Assembly (NCBI GenBank): GCA_036479435.1
Contig: JAZGFI010000027.1
Location: 1-46,196 of the forward strand
Direction of reading: 5' to 3'
DNA length: 46,196 bases
DNA from: Planctomycetota bacterium
Lineage (GTDB): Bacteria > Planctomycetota > GCA-002687715 > DRQF01
Shown here: in pieces, positions 27,240 to 37,062 of the stretch
Layout of the letters: each line of letters opens with the position of its first letter
Numbering within the stretch: position 1 is the first letter of the stretch
Notes under the pieces: generated by a model
Databases searched by the model: none
Seen by the model: only the letters and a program-made list of their open reading frames with translations
Told to the model about the DNA's origin: nothing
Program-made: the position numbers and the translations under genes

Positions 27240-29390
27240 TTATTGAACCTTGATCCACAGTGACGTCATCATTCCCAGGATGGGATGGTCGAAAGTCAGT
27301 TGCCCCACCAAAGGCCCGCGCGGCGGGTTCCTGAGACGGGCATCGCCGGGGAAAAAGACCTTGATAGCGTCAAGATCGCCGACCGGCCCCTTCATCGTGA
27401 CGGATCCCGCCCTTTTACCCTGCTCGTTTTCCTTTCGGAACGTCACCGTAGGCAAGATACGCCCCATCGTGAAGTTGAAGTACTCTTCGCCTGAGGCACC
27501 GAAGACCTGGATTGATTTGCCCTCAACCAAGACGGCCTTGCCTTGGCGCTCCATGCTCGCGGCGAGACGAAAACCGTTTTCACCGGCCCCAAGGTGCCAG
27601 GTGTTGATGCGCCCGCCCTTTACATCGAAAGCCTTTGAAGTTCCTCGACCAATGAGGATCGTCTTCTCGTTCTTACCCTTCTTACCGACGAAAATCGCGC
27701 CGCGGTGAACGGAAAGCTTGGTGACCGGCACCCACATGATCTTGTCTTTGGCCGCCATCACATCGACGAAGAAATCCGAGTTCTCGGCATCGCCCTTCGC
27801 GACCAAAAATTCCGGCACAACTTTCCCATTCGCTGAGAACACAACCCGCAAAGGCGCAAGATCTCCGTCGTAAGGGCGCGTGCGAACCGCAGTGCCGTTC
27901 TTCACGACTCGGAACTCGTAGGGATAAAGGTGGCCTTCGTCTTCAAGGTAGACGTAGCGTCCGTAGGGCACGACGCGCATGTTCTTGCCCTTACCGATGA
28001 TGACCGTGTCTTCACCGGGGTTGTTGAACTTGCCATTGGCATTGGTGTCGACAACCGTCACCAGCTGGCCGCGGACTTTGCCGGTGATGCCAGCGGTTCC
28101 CTTGAAGAACAGGGACAAGCCTTCATCAACATTGAAGTTGAAGGGAGTGCCCATGATGGTGAGCTTGCCGGGCTGTTGCTTGACTTGGATGGTCTGTTGA
28201 AGAACAGATCCATCATCATTCTTCAATTTCCACTTCAGTTGCGTGTACTTGCCAATCTTGAGCTTGGTCTTCTTTGGCCTCTTCTTCGATCCCTCGCCGT
28301 CGAGATCGACGTGGAAGTTGCCATCGTAGGACACCTTGCCCCCGGGGATGGGAGCGAAATCGACGGGGTCCTCGTCTTTCTTGATGAATATCCGATTCAC
28401 GAACGGTTCCCAGTGAGGGTTGCCGCTCCGCACCGCGCCGAAATACCAAGGGTAGCGGACTTTCTTGACGATGACGGATTTGAACTTCGTGTCGATGACC
28501 CAGTCGTAAACGGCCTTAGTCTTGGGCGGCGTCAGCGAGATCGGCGTCGTGTTGTCCTTGCTGCCTTTTCTTCCCTTGGCACCGTCACCGCCAGCGGGGA
28601 TCTCAACCACAAGGCTGTCGTCGATGGCCTTTTGATGGGCCAACCGAGCCTCTGCGAGCGGCAAGTCAATCCTGATCTTGTCGAGGTGCTTGATCTTATC
28701 GTAGGTGTCGTAGTTGACGAGGTGCCCGTCTGCCTGTTGGGCGTAGTTCTTGAAGTCGTGCTCTTCACCAATCTCTTTGGCGATCTTCGCGTAGTAGGCC
28801 GAGGCGAAGAAATCGGTGAGGCGATCATAGCTGTAATACATGCGTCCGCAGGCAGCACCCGCGTAGTAGTAGTCGCCGAGCTCCGTAGCGAGAAGGTGAA
28901 CCTTCCCGAAATTCACGAGTGCTTCGCGCCTCTTATCGTCGTCGCCTTCTTTGTCTGCGATCTGTTCGGCTTGGAATCCTGCGTCGTAGAAATCGGCGTA
29001 CTCCAAGCGCTTGACGAGCTGTTCGTCCGTGAGTTTGGCAAACCACTTGTAGCGATTTGCTAGGCTATCGCGACGATGCGCGAGTTTGTAAGTGAGGCCA
29101 AGCTGCCTGAAGACGTTGTCGAAGCTCGCCCTTTCCGCGGGATCACCTTTGGCTTTCGCGTTCTGCGCAATACGTCGCTCCATGGTTGCGGCCGCGCGTT
29201 CCGCGTAATCCGCGTTGTCTTGCACCAGCTTTTTGAGGCCGGTGTAGTCTTCGGAGTTAACCGCCTTGATGACATCGTTGACGTACTTCGCCAGGCCTTG
29301 AGCACCGGCGTTCGCCGCCAGGCCGGACAGCAAGAGCGCGATGAGAGGGGCAAGGGCCCAGGAGGTGACGCCAAAGGCTCGGGTTTTCAT
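27240..29390 (-). CDS. large secreted hypothetical protein (~716 aa)
   Basis: Sec signal ending AGA|Q from ATG 29390; helical N-half, Lys-rich beta C-half, DTNANG motif. Confidence 0.8.
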   Translation of the reverse strand: MKTRAFGVTSWALAPLIALLLSGLAANAGAQGLAKYVNDVIKAVNSEDYTGLKKLVQDNADYAERAAATMERRIAQNAKAKGDPAERASFDNVFRQLGLTYKLAHRRDSLANRYKWFAKLTDEQLVKRLEYADFYDAGFQAEQIADKEGDDDKRREALVNFGKVHLLATELGDYYYAGAACGRMYYSYDRLTDFFASAYYAKIAKEIGEEHDFKNYAQQADGHLVNYDTYDKIKHLDKIRIDLPLAEARLAHQKAIDDSLVVEIPAGGDGAKGRKGSKDNTTPISLTPPKTKAVYDWVIDTKFKSVIVKKVRYPWYFGAVRSGNPHWEPFVNRIFIKKDEDPVDFAPIPGGKVSYDGNFHVDLDGEGSKKRPKKTKLKIGKYTQLKWKLKNDDGSVLQQTIQVKQQPGKLTIMGTPFNFNVDEGLSLFFKGTAGITGKVRGQLVTVVDTNANGKFNNPGEDTVIIGKGKNMRVVPYGRYVYLEDEGHLYPYEFRVVKNGTAVRTRPYDGDLAPLRVVFSANGKVVPEFLVAKGDAENSDFFVDVMAAKDKIMWVPVTKLSVHRGAIFVGKKGKNEKTILIGRGTSKAFDVKGGRINTWHLGAGENGFRLAASMERQGKAVLVEGKSIQVFGASGEEYFNFTMGRILPTVTFRKENEQGKRAGSVTMKGPVGDLDAIKVFFPGDARLRNPPRGPLVGQLTFDHPILGMMTSLWIKVQ

Positions 29391-29614
29391 GAAGGTGTCC
29401 TCAGTCGTTCTTGTCTGTCGTTCGCCCAATTGGGCCCTGCTGATGAGACGAGTCTTCGCCTCTATCTGATACTGAATGCGAAGCGGGACGTTTGATGGGG
29501 AGCCGAAGGGAAATCCCCGGCCCCATCCACAGCTCGTCCTCGCCAAGTACTACAACCCCTTGGTGGGGAAGGACATTCTACAAAAGAGCTCGGATCAGCG
29601 AATCGCCTTTTGGA

Positions 29615-31222
29615 TTACGCAATTCTCTGCTCTTTTGGTCCACAATATCGCGAAATCAGGGCTTCCGCGGCCCGCCAGCCGTCAACGGCCGCACTGACGA
29701 TCCCGCCGGCGTAGCCAGCGCCTTCTCCTACCGGGTAGAGGCCGCAAGCGTCTTTCGCCTGAAGGTCCACCGGATCCCGCAGAATCCGCACCGGAGCGGA
29801 CGATCGCATCTCAGGGCCACAAATGATCGCCTCCGGCGAAAGATAGCCCGGCATTTGTCGATCAAAGGCGAAAAGGCCCTGACGAATCAGATCGGTCAAC
29901 CAAGGGGCGGCGAGTTCGTCCATGACCACCGGACGCTGCCCCGAACGGCAGCTCGTGTCAGGCACGTCTTTGGAGGGCTTTTGGTCCATGAAGTCGAGGA
30001 GTCGCTGCGTCGGGAGTTCGAAACCCGCGCCGGATTTCTCGGCCGCGATCTTTTCATAGCGCTCTTGGTAGAGAATGCCTGCCAGCGGGTCATCGCTGCC
30101 AAACTCTGAGGGCTCAAGCGTCGTGACGACACCGGAGTTAGCGAAGCCGGTGTCTTTTTTGGAGTAACTCATGCCGTTGGTGTTGTAGTGCTCGTGGTCG
30201 TGGATGGCCGGGATGATCTCGCCGCCGGGGCACATACAAAAAGAATACACCCCGCGGCCTTCAACCTGCGCCACCAAACGATAATCAGCGGGGCCCATGC
30301 GCTTAGCCACCGAGGCCTTACTGTAAATGACTTCATCGACGTAGGTTTGCGGGTGTTCGATACGAAAACCCAGTTGGAAGGGCTTTTGTTCGAGGCGAAA
30401 TTCGTCGCGCTGCAGGCTTCGGTAAAGATCCCGCGCACTATGTCCCGGAGCCAAGATCACCGCTTGGGCGGGGACATCCCCGACGCTGGTTTCCAGTCGC
30501 TCGACTTGGCCGTTGCGGCGCAAGATGCGGTCGACGCGCGTGTCGTAAAGGAACTCGCCGCCCAACTCTTCGACTTCGCGACGCAAGCGGCCGACGACGG
30601 CACGCACGCGGTCCGAGCCCAAATGAGGCCGATAAAAATAGCCGACGAGATCGTAGCCGGATTTCGTCCGAAACTCCTCCAGCACCATGGCGACGCGCGG
30701 GTCTTTTCCGCGCGAGGTCAGCTTGCCGTCGCTAAAAGTCCCAGCACCGCCCTCGCCGAAAAGGTAGTTGCTTTCGAGCAACAGCCCGTTTTCGCGGTGA
30801 AAGCGCTCGATCTGCCCGACCCGATGGTTCATCCGCGAACCGCGTTCGATCACGCGAGGTCGGTAGCCCGCGCGTGCCAACACCAAGGCCGCGAATAGTC
30901 CCGCCGGGCCCGCGCCGATGACCACCGGGCGGTGCTCCAAGGGTTGATCACCGGATTGCGGTGACGAGTAGACGGGGGTTTCGACAAATCGGACCTTGCG
31001 GCCCCTCGGAAAACGCTTCGGAGCTTTGGCGTGCGGAGCTAAGTGGAGGTCGAAGGTGCAAACGAAGACCGGGGGGCGCCGGCGCTTGTCAACCGACTGT
31101 CGGACTAACTCGATGGAACTAACATCGCTCGCCTCTAAGCCCGCGTGCTGCAGAGCGCGCTGAGCCAAGGCACGCTCGTCGCCGTCCAGCGGCATCCTCA
31201 TTTCGGTAACGCGTAAGGGCAT
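29615..31222 (-). CDS. uncharacterized FAD-dependent oxidoreductase (COG2509-like)
   Basis: VVIGAGPAGL, FGEGGAGTFSDGKL, HLGSD, APGHSARD, FCMCPGG, GEGAGYAGGIVSAAVDG. Confidence 0.9.
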   Translation of the reverse strand: MPLRVTEMRMPLDGDERALAQRALQHAGLEASDVSSIELVRQSVDKRRRPPVFVCTFDLHLAPHAKAPKRFPRGRKVRFVETPVYSSPQSGDQPLEHRPVVIGAGPAGLFAALVLARAGYRPRVIERGSRMNHRVGQIERFHRENGLLLESNYLFGEGGAGTFSDGKLTSRGKDPRVAMVLEEFRTKSGYDLVGYFYRPHLGSDRVRAVVGRLRREVEELGGEFLYDTRVDRILRRNGQVERLETSVGDVPAQAVILAPGHSARDLYRSLQRDEFRLEQKPFQLGFRIEHPQTYVDEVIYSKASVAKRMGPADYRLVAQVEGRGVYSFCMCPGGEIIPAIHDHEHYNTNGMSYSKKDTGFANSGVVTTLEPSEFGSDDPLAGILYQERYEKIAAEKSGAGFELPTQRLLDFMDQKPSKDVPDTSCRSGQRPVVMDELAAPWLTDLIRQGLFAFDRQMPGYLSPEAIICGPEMRSSAPVRILRDPVDLQAKDACGLYPVGEGAGYAGGIVSAAVDGWRAAEALISRYCGPKEQRIA

Positions 31223-31259
31223 GGAGAGCCTTTGTGGTCGGAGTCGGTCGCCGAGCGCC

Positions 31260-32099
31260 CTACTTGCGGCCGCCTTTTAGTTTTTCGCTTTGGGCAAGCA
31301 GGAACTCACGCTCGCGGGAGCTGAGGGCATCCATCCCCTCGTCTTTGATTTTCTCAAGGACGCGGTCGAGTTCGTATTTCTCGTCCACTGTCTTTTGCTG
31401 CGTGGCTTCACGCCGCGATCGCTCGCGCTGCACTTTGGACGCTTCGAGATACACTTCGAAACGCGGCCAGCCATAGCCATACAAAAAACCGCCGAGCGCG
31501 CCCGCGAGGTGCACGCTGTGCGCGGTACGATCGGCACCTTGGTAGGCGAGAACCGATAGGATGTCGATCCCCACCATGACCGCGGCCAAAACCCAACAGC
31601 GCATCTGCAAAGTGCCGAAGAACAGAATCTGCATCATTGGGAAACGCGAGCCCAGCAAGGCTACGAGACCCATCGCGGCACCACTGGCGCCGAGCGATCG
31701 AAGCGGACCACCGGTAATGATCGCTTCCGCAAAGAGGCCAAAGGAAGCGAAAACTGCGAGGCCGAGGTAGATGTAGAGGAATTGCCGACTACCGAAAGCA
31801 CTCTCGATGAAACGCCCGATGAAAAACACCATCAGCATGTTCATCAGGACGTGCCCGGGACCACCGTGCAAAAAAGCCGAGGTCAACCAGCGCCAAACCT
31901 CAAGGGGGCGATCCGTGTCGAGCCAAAACGCCTCGTTGACTTGGTTTGTTCCCTCACCGAAAACGCCGCCGCCAAACAACCAAATCAGCGCCGAAATACC
32001 GATGGTAATGCCGACAATCCACAAAGTGGCAACCGGACGGTCCGAACGCGGGGCGTAACGCCCCCCATCGTCATCGTATCGTCGGTCCTGCCAACTCAT
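31260..32099 (-). CDS. rhomboid family intramembrane serine protease
   Basis: WR..TSAFLH, H..MNM, GASG (Ser), HLAGALGG (His); C-terminal LDRVLEKI..EG...LS..ERE extension. Confidence 0.92.
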   Translation of the reverse strand: MSWQDRRYDDDGGRYAPRSDRPVATLWIVGITIGISALIWLFGGGVFGEGTNQVNEAFWLDTDRPLEVWRWLTSAFLHGGPGHVLMNMLMVFFIGRFIESAFGSRQFLYIYLGLAVFASFGLFAEAIITGGPLRSLGASGAAMGLVALLGSRFPMMQILFFGTLQMRCWVLAAVMVGIDILSVLAYQGADRTAHSVHLAGALGGFLYGYGWPRFEVYLEASKVQRERSRREATQQKTVDEKYELDRVLEKIKDEGMDALSSREREFLLAQSEKLKGGRK

Positions 32100-32152
32100 T
32101 TCGTTCTTCGCGTCTCCTTGGATGCGGCGCCGCCCATCTGATCTTCAGGGGC

Positions 32153-32743
32153 TCAGTGGGCCCCGCTTGCGTCTTTTTCGCTGACCGCAGCGTCACCGAT
32201 GTTATCGGCAGCGTAGCACGCTTCCTTCAGCACGCCGATGAAAGGCAGATTTCGGTACTTGTCGGCGTAGTCGAGCCCATAGCCGACGACAAACTGATCT
32301 TCGACCTCAAATCCGATGTAGTCGGCCTTCATTTCAACGATGCGTCGGGCTTTTTTGTTCAGCAAGACACAGGTGCGGACATCCTCTGCCCCCCGCGCTT
32401 TGAGCTGGGCGCAAACCCGGTGCAGGGTGCGGCCCGTGTCGAGGATGTCATCGAGAATCAAAAGACGCTTACCCCGGTAGTCAAGTTGGGGGAATACCTT
32501 GATATCCACGGTGCCCGACGAAGTGGTGGCCAGGCCATAGCTCGAGGCTTGAATGAAGTCGATATCGAGATGAATCGGAATATGGCGCATCAAGTCGCTG
32601 ATAAACACGACGCCGCCCTTTAGCAAAGCCATCAGCACCAACTGATCACCCTGATAGTCGCGCGCGATTTCGGCGCCCAGGGTGGCCAAGCGGCTGCGGA
32701 TGAGCTCCTCGCCAAATAGGACTTCTTTGATGTCGTCGTGCAT
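32153..32743 (-). CDS. hpt: hypoxanthine phosphoribosyltransferase
   Basis: LLKGG, ASSYG, LILDDILDTGRTL, FVVGYGLDYADKYRNLPFI; start ATG 32743 with SD GAGG. Confidence 0.95.
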   Translation of the reverse strand: MHDDIKEVLFGEELIRSRLATLGAEIARDYQGDQLVLMALLKGGVVFISDLMRHIPIHLDIDFIQASSYGLATTSSGTVDIKVFPQLDYRGKRLLILDDILDTGRTLHRVCAQLKARGAEDVRTCVLLNKKARRIVEMKADYIGFEVEDQFVVGYGLDYADKYRNLPFIGVLKEACYAADNIGDAAVSEKDASGAH

Positions 32744-33009
32744 GGAGTTCCTCAGTAGCTGCCCCCAATCCCCAGGGGTCCGCCGATCATAACAGGCCAA
32801 ATCGTCACCAAAGGAGGGGTGCATCACAGATTCTTTGTGCCGCAGCGGGCTAGGCCCGAGGTTTTCGCCAAAGAGGCCTTCGGCGATCTTTCGGGGGGCG
32901 TTTCCAGCATCGCCGCCAGCGACTATCATGCCGAGACCTCGCGGCGCATCGACTCGCGACTATGAAGTCGCAATCCGATCCCTTTTCTCCAGTCATACGG
33001 GAGCCAGAA

Positions 33010-33870
33010 GTGGCGCAAATCATCGACGGCAAAGCAATTGCGGATGCCATCAAAGGCGAAGTCATGCTGGGAGTTGCGGCCCTGGGAGGAAAGCCTCCCT
33101 GTGTGGTGGCCGTTCAGGTCGGCGAAGATTCGTCCAGCGCCGCCTACGTTCGAAGCCAGGCTCGCCAGGCGCAAAAAGTCGGAATTCTGCACCGGCTCGA
33201 CCAACTGCCCGCGACCGCGTCGGAAACCGAACTTCGAGAAAAGCTCATTACCCTCAATGCCGACCCCGATGTCCACGCCGTCATGCTGCAAATGCCACTG
33301 CCAAGGGGGCTCGACGGACGACGAGCCCGAAGCTGGATCTCCGCAGAAAAAGACGTCGAAGCCGTGACCGAGACCGCAGCGGGTCGATTGGTCGCGGGTA
33401 CCCATACCACGGCACCTTGCACCGCCTTGGCGGCGATGTCTTGCTTGGTGTCGGCGGCGAAGGATCTCAGCGGCCTCGATGTCGCCGTGGTCGGCCGATC
33501 AGAGATTGTCGGCCGGCCTCTCGGTCTCTTGCTCCTCCACGCCAATGCCACCGTCACGCTTTGCCATAGCCGCACGAAAAACCTCGGCGCAAAGCTGAAA
33601 GCCGTCGATGCCGTGATCGTTGCGGTGGGCAAACCTGGGCTCATCACCGCCGACATGGTTCGCGAAGATGCCATCGTCATTGACGTCGGTACGAACTGGG
33701 TTGAGGACGCCAGCGAAAAGAAAGGCGGCCACCTCGTCGGCGATGTCGCCTTTGAAGAAGTGTCGCAGAAAGTCGCGCAGATCACGCCAGTGCCCGGAGG
33801 TGTGGGGCCGGTTACAGTTGCGATCTTGTTGCGAAATGTCCTGGAGTTGGCGCGCAAGCAACGCCAGTGA
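33010..33870 (+). CDS. folD: methylenetetrahydrofolate dehydrogenase/cyclohydrolase
   Basis: IIDGKAIA, LQMPLP, EKDVE, PCT, VVGRSEIVGRP, IDVG, LVGDV, ITPVPGGVGPVT; start likely GTG 33010. Confidence 0.95.
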   Translation: MAQIIDGKAIADAIKGEVMLGVAALGGKPPCVVAVQVGEDSSSAAYVRSQARQAQKVGILHRLDQLPATASETELREKLITLNADPDVHAVMLQMPLPRGLDGRRARSWISAEKDVEAVTETAAGRLVAGTHTTAPCTALAAMSCLVSAAKDLSGLDVAVVGRSEIVGRPLGLLLLHANATVTLCHSRTKNLGAKLKAVDAVIVAVGKPGLITADMVREDAIVIDVGTNWVEDASEKKGGHLVGDVAFEEVSQKVAQITPVPGGVGPVTVAILLRNVLELARKQRQ

Positions 33871-34022
33871 GGGCGAGCTGATCAAGTTCTGACCGGCGCT
33901 GGCTTAAGGTAGCGTGGGCTCGGGCCTTGAGACGTCCTTGCGGCATTCTTGGCAAATTTGGATTGGCAATCTAGCGCCTCCATAAATTCACTGTTTTGGA
34001 GCGTCTTTTTCTGAGTCGTTAG

Positions 34023-34442
34023 TCACACGTCTTGCCATGGGTTAACGACGTCGCAGGCATCTTTGAAGTGTTTGACGTTTCGCGTAGCCACCAGCGCCTT
34101 GCGAACTCGTGCAATCCCCGCAATTTGAACATCGCGGATTTCGGCGGATTTCCCCTGAGATTGAAGTGCAGCAGCGATTGCACCGGCAGCCATTGCTGCT
34201 GGTGTATCGAATGGCAAGATCCTGCCACCCAAATCGTCTTCAATCATGCCCAGTAGAGCCTTCTCGAGCCGTTTTCTACGCTTCCCAACGGGTAAGAGCT
34301 GCAATCCGTTTTCGATCTCGAAGATGGTTATCGCCGTGGTCCAGACAGATCCCGCTGGCTGTCGATTAAGCCAAGTCACCACGGCTTCGGACGGCTCTGG
34401 CTGCATGATTTCAGAGATCACGTTTGAATCGAGGATGATCAA
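34023..34442 (-). CDS. vapC: PIN-domain toxin (VapC/FitB)
   Basis: MIILDSNVISE, ITIFEI..G, ILPFD, D.QIAGIA, ATRNVKHF, NPW. Confidence 0.95.
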   Translation of the reverse strand: MIILDSNVISEIMQPEPSEAVVTWLNRQPAGSVWTTAITIFEIENGLQLLPVGKRRKRLEKALLGMIEDDLGGRILPFDTPAAMAAGAIAAALQSQGKSAEIRDVQIAGIARVRKALVATRNVKHFKDACDVVNPWQDV

Positions 34443-34690
34443 CGGTCGAAGTCAACGGGCCGCGCCGGATGCCCCCGAAGTTCTTTGATTTCGCCTTCAA
34501 GACCACAACCACGGAAGCGTTCGATGAGGCGAGTGCCCAAGTTCCCTTGCGGTTCTGTCTCCGCTCTTAGCGCGGCTTCACGAAGGATCTCACGAACCTC
34601 TTCTTCCATGCTGCGACCATGCTCAGCAGCAAGGGCGCGGAGCTTGTCGCGGATATCATCTTCTAAGTTGCGTACGATTAGCTGTGCCAT
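34439..34690 (-). CDS. fitA: ribbon-helix-helix antitoxin (FitA family)
   Basis: MAQLIVRNLEDD..KLR..AAEHGRSMEEEVREIL; overlaps toxin start. Confidence 0.9.
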   Translation of the reverse strand: MAQLIVRNLEDDIRDKLRALAAEHGRSMEEEVREILREAALRAETEPQGNLGTRLIERFRGCGLEGEIKELRGHPARPVDFDR

Positions 34691-34727
34691 GATATCAATG
34701 ATAGCACGTTGTTTGCTTGCAAGTCAA
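34690..34727 (-). promoter_or_regulatory. fitAB promoter and operator
   Basis: TTGACT-N18-TATCAT with extended TG; inverted repeat TGCTATCA-T-TGATATCA at 34690-34706. Confidence 0.75.
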
Positions 34728-34980
34728 GCGTTCGGATTCTCAAGCGCCTTCATCAAGAGCTTCCATGCGACTTCGTTAAAGGCCTTGCCAGCAAGTGATT
34801 TCAAGCGACCAAGTAACTTCTTTTTTACCGTCTCCGGAAATTCGGCCGTATCGATCTTTGCTTCCATGACCGCGCGAAGAGTTTCGGCTTCGAAGCGCGC
34901 GATCACGGTGCGGCGAATGGCATCGAGGCCACCATCATCCTCAAGGAAATCGAGGCCCACTTCGGTGATGCTGGCGGAGT
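34724..34980 (-). pseudogene. 5'-truncated remnant of a hypothetical protein gene
   Basis: Protein-like SASITEVGLDFLEDDGGL...LRAVMEAKI; in-frame stop ~15 codons upstream of GTG 34960 and no SD. Confidence 0.45.
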
Positions 34981-35120
34981 TTGAGGCCCGGATGATGCAG
35001 GACTACCACGACCGGCTTGAACAAGACCGGGATCGCGAACAGGACTGAACGAGAATGGGATGTGTCGATGACTTCACGCCCGGACGAGCTGGAATGCCCC
35101 GGCGCTTTACTAGCTGGCGG

Positions 35121-36107
35121 CTAACGCCGGCGCTTCAGCACAAACCCAGCAATCTCACCCAAGACCGCTCCCCAGGCCGGATCGACGCATTTGCGCACGG
35201 CGGCCAAAGAATCTTCGATCATCTCTTCGGCGCGCGCGAACGATGATTCAAGGGCACCGGTCTCCTGCAACCACTGCGTGATCTCACCTCGGTCTTCCAC
35301 GCTGGGGTTGGTGGCGCGGATGGTCGCTTCGACTTTCGCCCGCCGTTCGGCGTCCAAACTCCCCAGCAAGCGAATGAGCGGCAAGGTCATCTTGCCGTTG
35401 ACGACATCACTTCCGAGCGATTTGCCGACGACGGCTTCGTCCCCGGACACATCCAAACAATCGTCGATCACCTGAAAGGCCGTGCCCAGGCTCATCCCGA
35501 AATCCGAAAACGCCTGCACGGTTTTTTCATCCGCGCCGCCGAGTTCCGCCGCTGCTTCGCAACCGGCGGAGTAAAGAGCGGCGGTCTTGCGCTGGATAAT
35601 GGACTCGTAGGTCGCTTCATCGACGGTGGGATCGCCGCAGAGTTGGTTTTGGTGAATCTCGCCCTCGCACAACAAGCTGACCGCACCCGTCAGCCGGTCG
35701 ATGGCGCGGGGGCTTCCGATCGAGACCAAAAGGCGAATGGCGCGAGCAAAAATGATGTCGCCGAGCAGGATCGCGTCTTTGTCGTTCCATGCGGCATTCA
35801 CCGATGCCGCGTTGCGACGCATGGTGGCGCGATCCAAGACGTCGTCGTGGACCAGCGTCGCGAGGTGGATCATCTCCACGACCGCGCCGAGTTTGACATG
35901 ACCTTCGTCGGCGCCGCCGCAGATGTGCCCGATCAAGAAAACGAGGGCCGGACGCAGTCGTTTTCCCGAATATTTCCGGGCGTAGGACAGCATGTCGTGG
36001 ACGTGGGGGGTGTCGGAACGAAAATGCTCCGCGAGTAGATGGTCGAGCTCCGCCAACTGTGGCTTGACCAACTCGTAGCTTTGCTCGAGTCCCGCGCTCG
36101 GGGTCAT
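35121..36107 (-). CDS. ispB: polyprenyl diphosphate synthase
   Basis: GKRLRP, EMIHLATLVHDDVLD, RR, LGD, KTA, AFQVIDDCLD, GK..G.D...GKMTLP. Confidence 0.92.
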   Translation of the reverse strand: MTPSAGLEQSYELVKPQLAELDHLLAEHFRSDTPHVHDMLSYARKYSGKRLRPALVFLIGHICGGADEGHVKLGAVVEMIHLATLVHDDVLDRATMRRNAASVNAAWNDKDAILLGDIIFARAIRLLVSIGSPRAIDRLTGAVSLLCEGEIHQNQLCGDPTVDEATYESIIQRKTAALYSAGCEAAAELGGADEKTVQAFSDFGMSLGTAFQVIDDCLDVSGDEAVVGKSLGSDVVNGKMTLPLIRLLGSLDAERRAKVEATIRATNPSVEDRGEITQWLQETGALESSFARAEEMIEDSLAAVRKCVDPAWGAVLGEIAGFVLKRRR

Positions 36108-36169
36108 CGATCTAAAATCCTATAAGTGCTCGACTTAGAACATTGGACACCCGGGCCGAGTCCAAAACG

Positions 36170-36832
36170 TTAACAGGGCTCAAAACCATCGTCAACGTCC
36201 GGCGTCAACTCCCGGTCCGCTGACGCCGCGAAGCTCCGTTTTGCCTCTTCGTAGGTCTCGGAATGGTTGAGGTTTTCCAGCAGGTTTCCACCCCGTTGTT
36301 CGACGAGGGGAACGGCATCTAAGGCGAGACAACGCGCGGGATCAGCCCAACCCAAAAGGCGGTTGTTGCCACTTTCGATCGCAGCCAATATCGGCCCGTA
36401 CGCGTCGGGCCCCAAAGCTTGCGGGAGTGAATAGCGCCCGCGTTCGCCTTTTAAGATCACCTGGTCGCAGCCCAAGTGTGCCTGCCCGGCCGCGACGAGC
36501 CGCTGAAGAACCTCGTGATCCAAAAATGGCATGTCACAAGGCACAATGACGAGCCACTCGGAATCAGCCACGCGGCGCAAGGATTCGAATCCAGCGAGAG
36601 GCCCGGCATCTAAGTAGCGGTCCGGGCATTTTTCGAAGACGTCCAGCGAGGGTGGCAGGTGGCGGCCCTCGGCGGCGCTGATCAAGATGGTCGTCGAAGG
36701 GCCCGCGCAGCGACGGATCACCTGCTCGATCATCGTGGCATCACCGAGAGGGAGCCAGGCCTTGTCGCGCTCCATGCGCTTACTGAGACCGGCGGCCAAG
36801 ACTCCCAGACTGAAATCAGGACTGTTTGGCAT
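36170..36832 (-). CDS. mobA: molybdenum cofactor guanylyltransferase
   Basis: VLAAGLSKRMERDKA, GPLAG, PCDMPF, NLN; start likely ATG 36832. Confidence 0.88.
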   Translation of the reverse strand: MPNSPDFSLGVLAAGLSKRMERDKAWLPLGDATMIEQVIRRCAGPSTTILISAAEGRHLPPSLDVFEKCPDRYLDAGPLAGFESLRRVADSEWLVIVPCDMPFLDHEVLQRLVAAGQAHLGCDQVILKGERGRYSLPQALGPDAYGPILAAIESGNNRLLGWADPARCLALDAVPLVEQRGGNLLENLNHSETYEEAKRSFAASADRELTPDVDDGFEPC

Positions 36833-37061
36833 CGTCAGAGGGCGATGAGTCCGGACCGCGGCGTTGTTGCACGCGAATCTCGATAGTCTGAAGGGGTTTT
36901 TGGCCCGGGTCGCGGAGGCCTTCGACCATGCCCACAATGCTGCCGCCGATGACGTCGTGTAAAAATGCCTTCAAGGGGAGCCGCTGGCCATCAATGGAGA
37001 GCTCGACTTTGATCTTCGGGCCATCTGAATCGGGGCGGGGGCTCTCCTCGGCGGAGCCCAA
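36816..37061 (-). CDS. small protein resembling the C-terminal extension of long MobB proteins
   Basis: VELSIDGQRLPLKAFLHDVIGGSIVGMVEGL..IEIRV; tightly packed between tatA and mobA. Confidence 0.6.
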   Translation of the reverse strand: MGSAEESPRPDSDGPKIKVELSIDGQRLPLKAFLHDVIGGSIVGMVEGLRDPGQKPLQTIEIRVQQRRGPDSSPSDDAKQS

Positions 37062-37062
37062 C

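Noticed and set aside
27930..29063. 377-aa plus-strand ORF
   Set aside because: Antisense shadow of the secreted protein gene
29438..29470. CTGATGAG hammerhead-like core
   Set aside because: No downstream GAAA closing stem II
34485..35048. 187-aa plus-strand ORF
   Set aside because: Mostly antisense to fitA and the truncated ORF; only the last ~25 codons look protein-like
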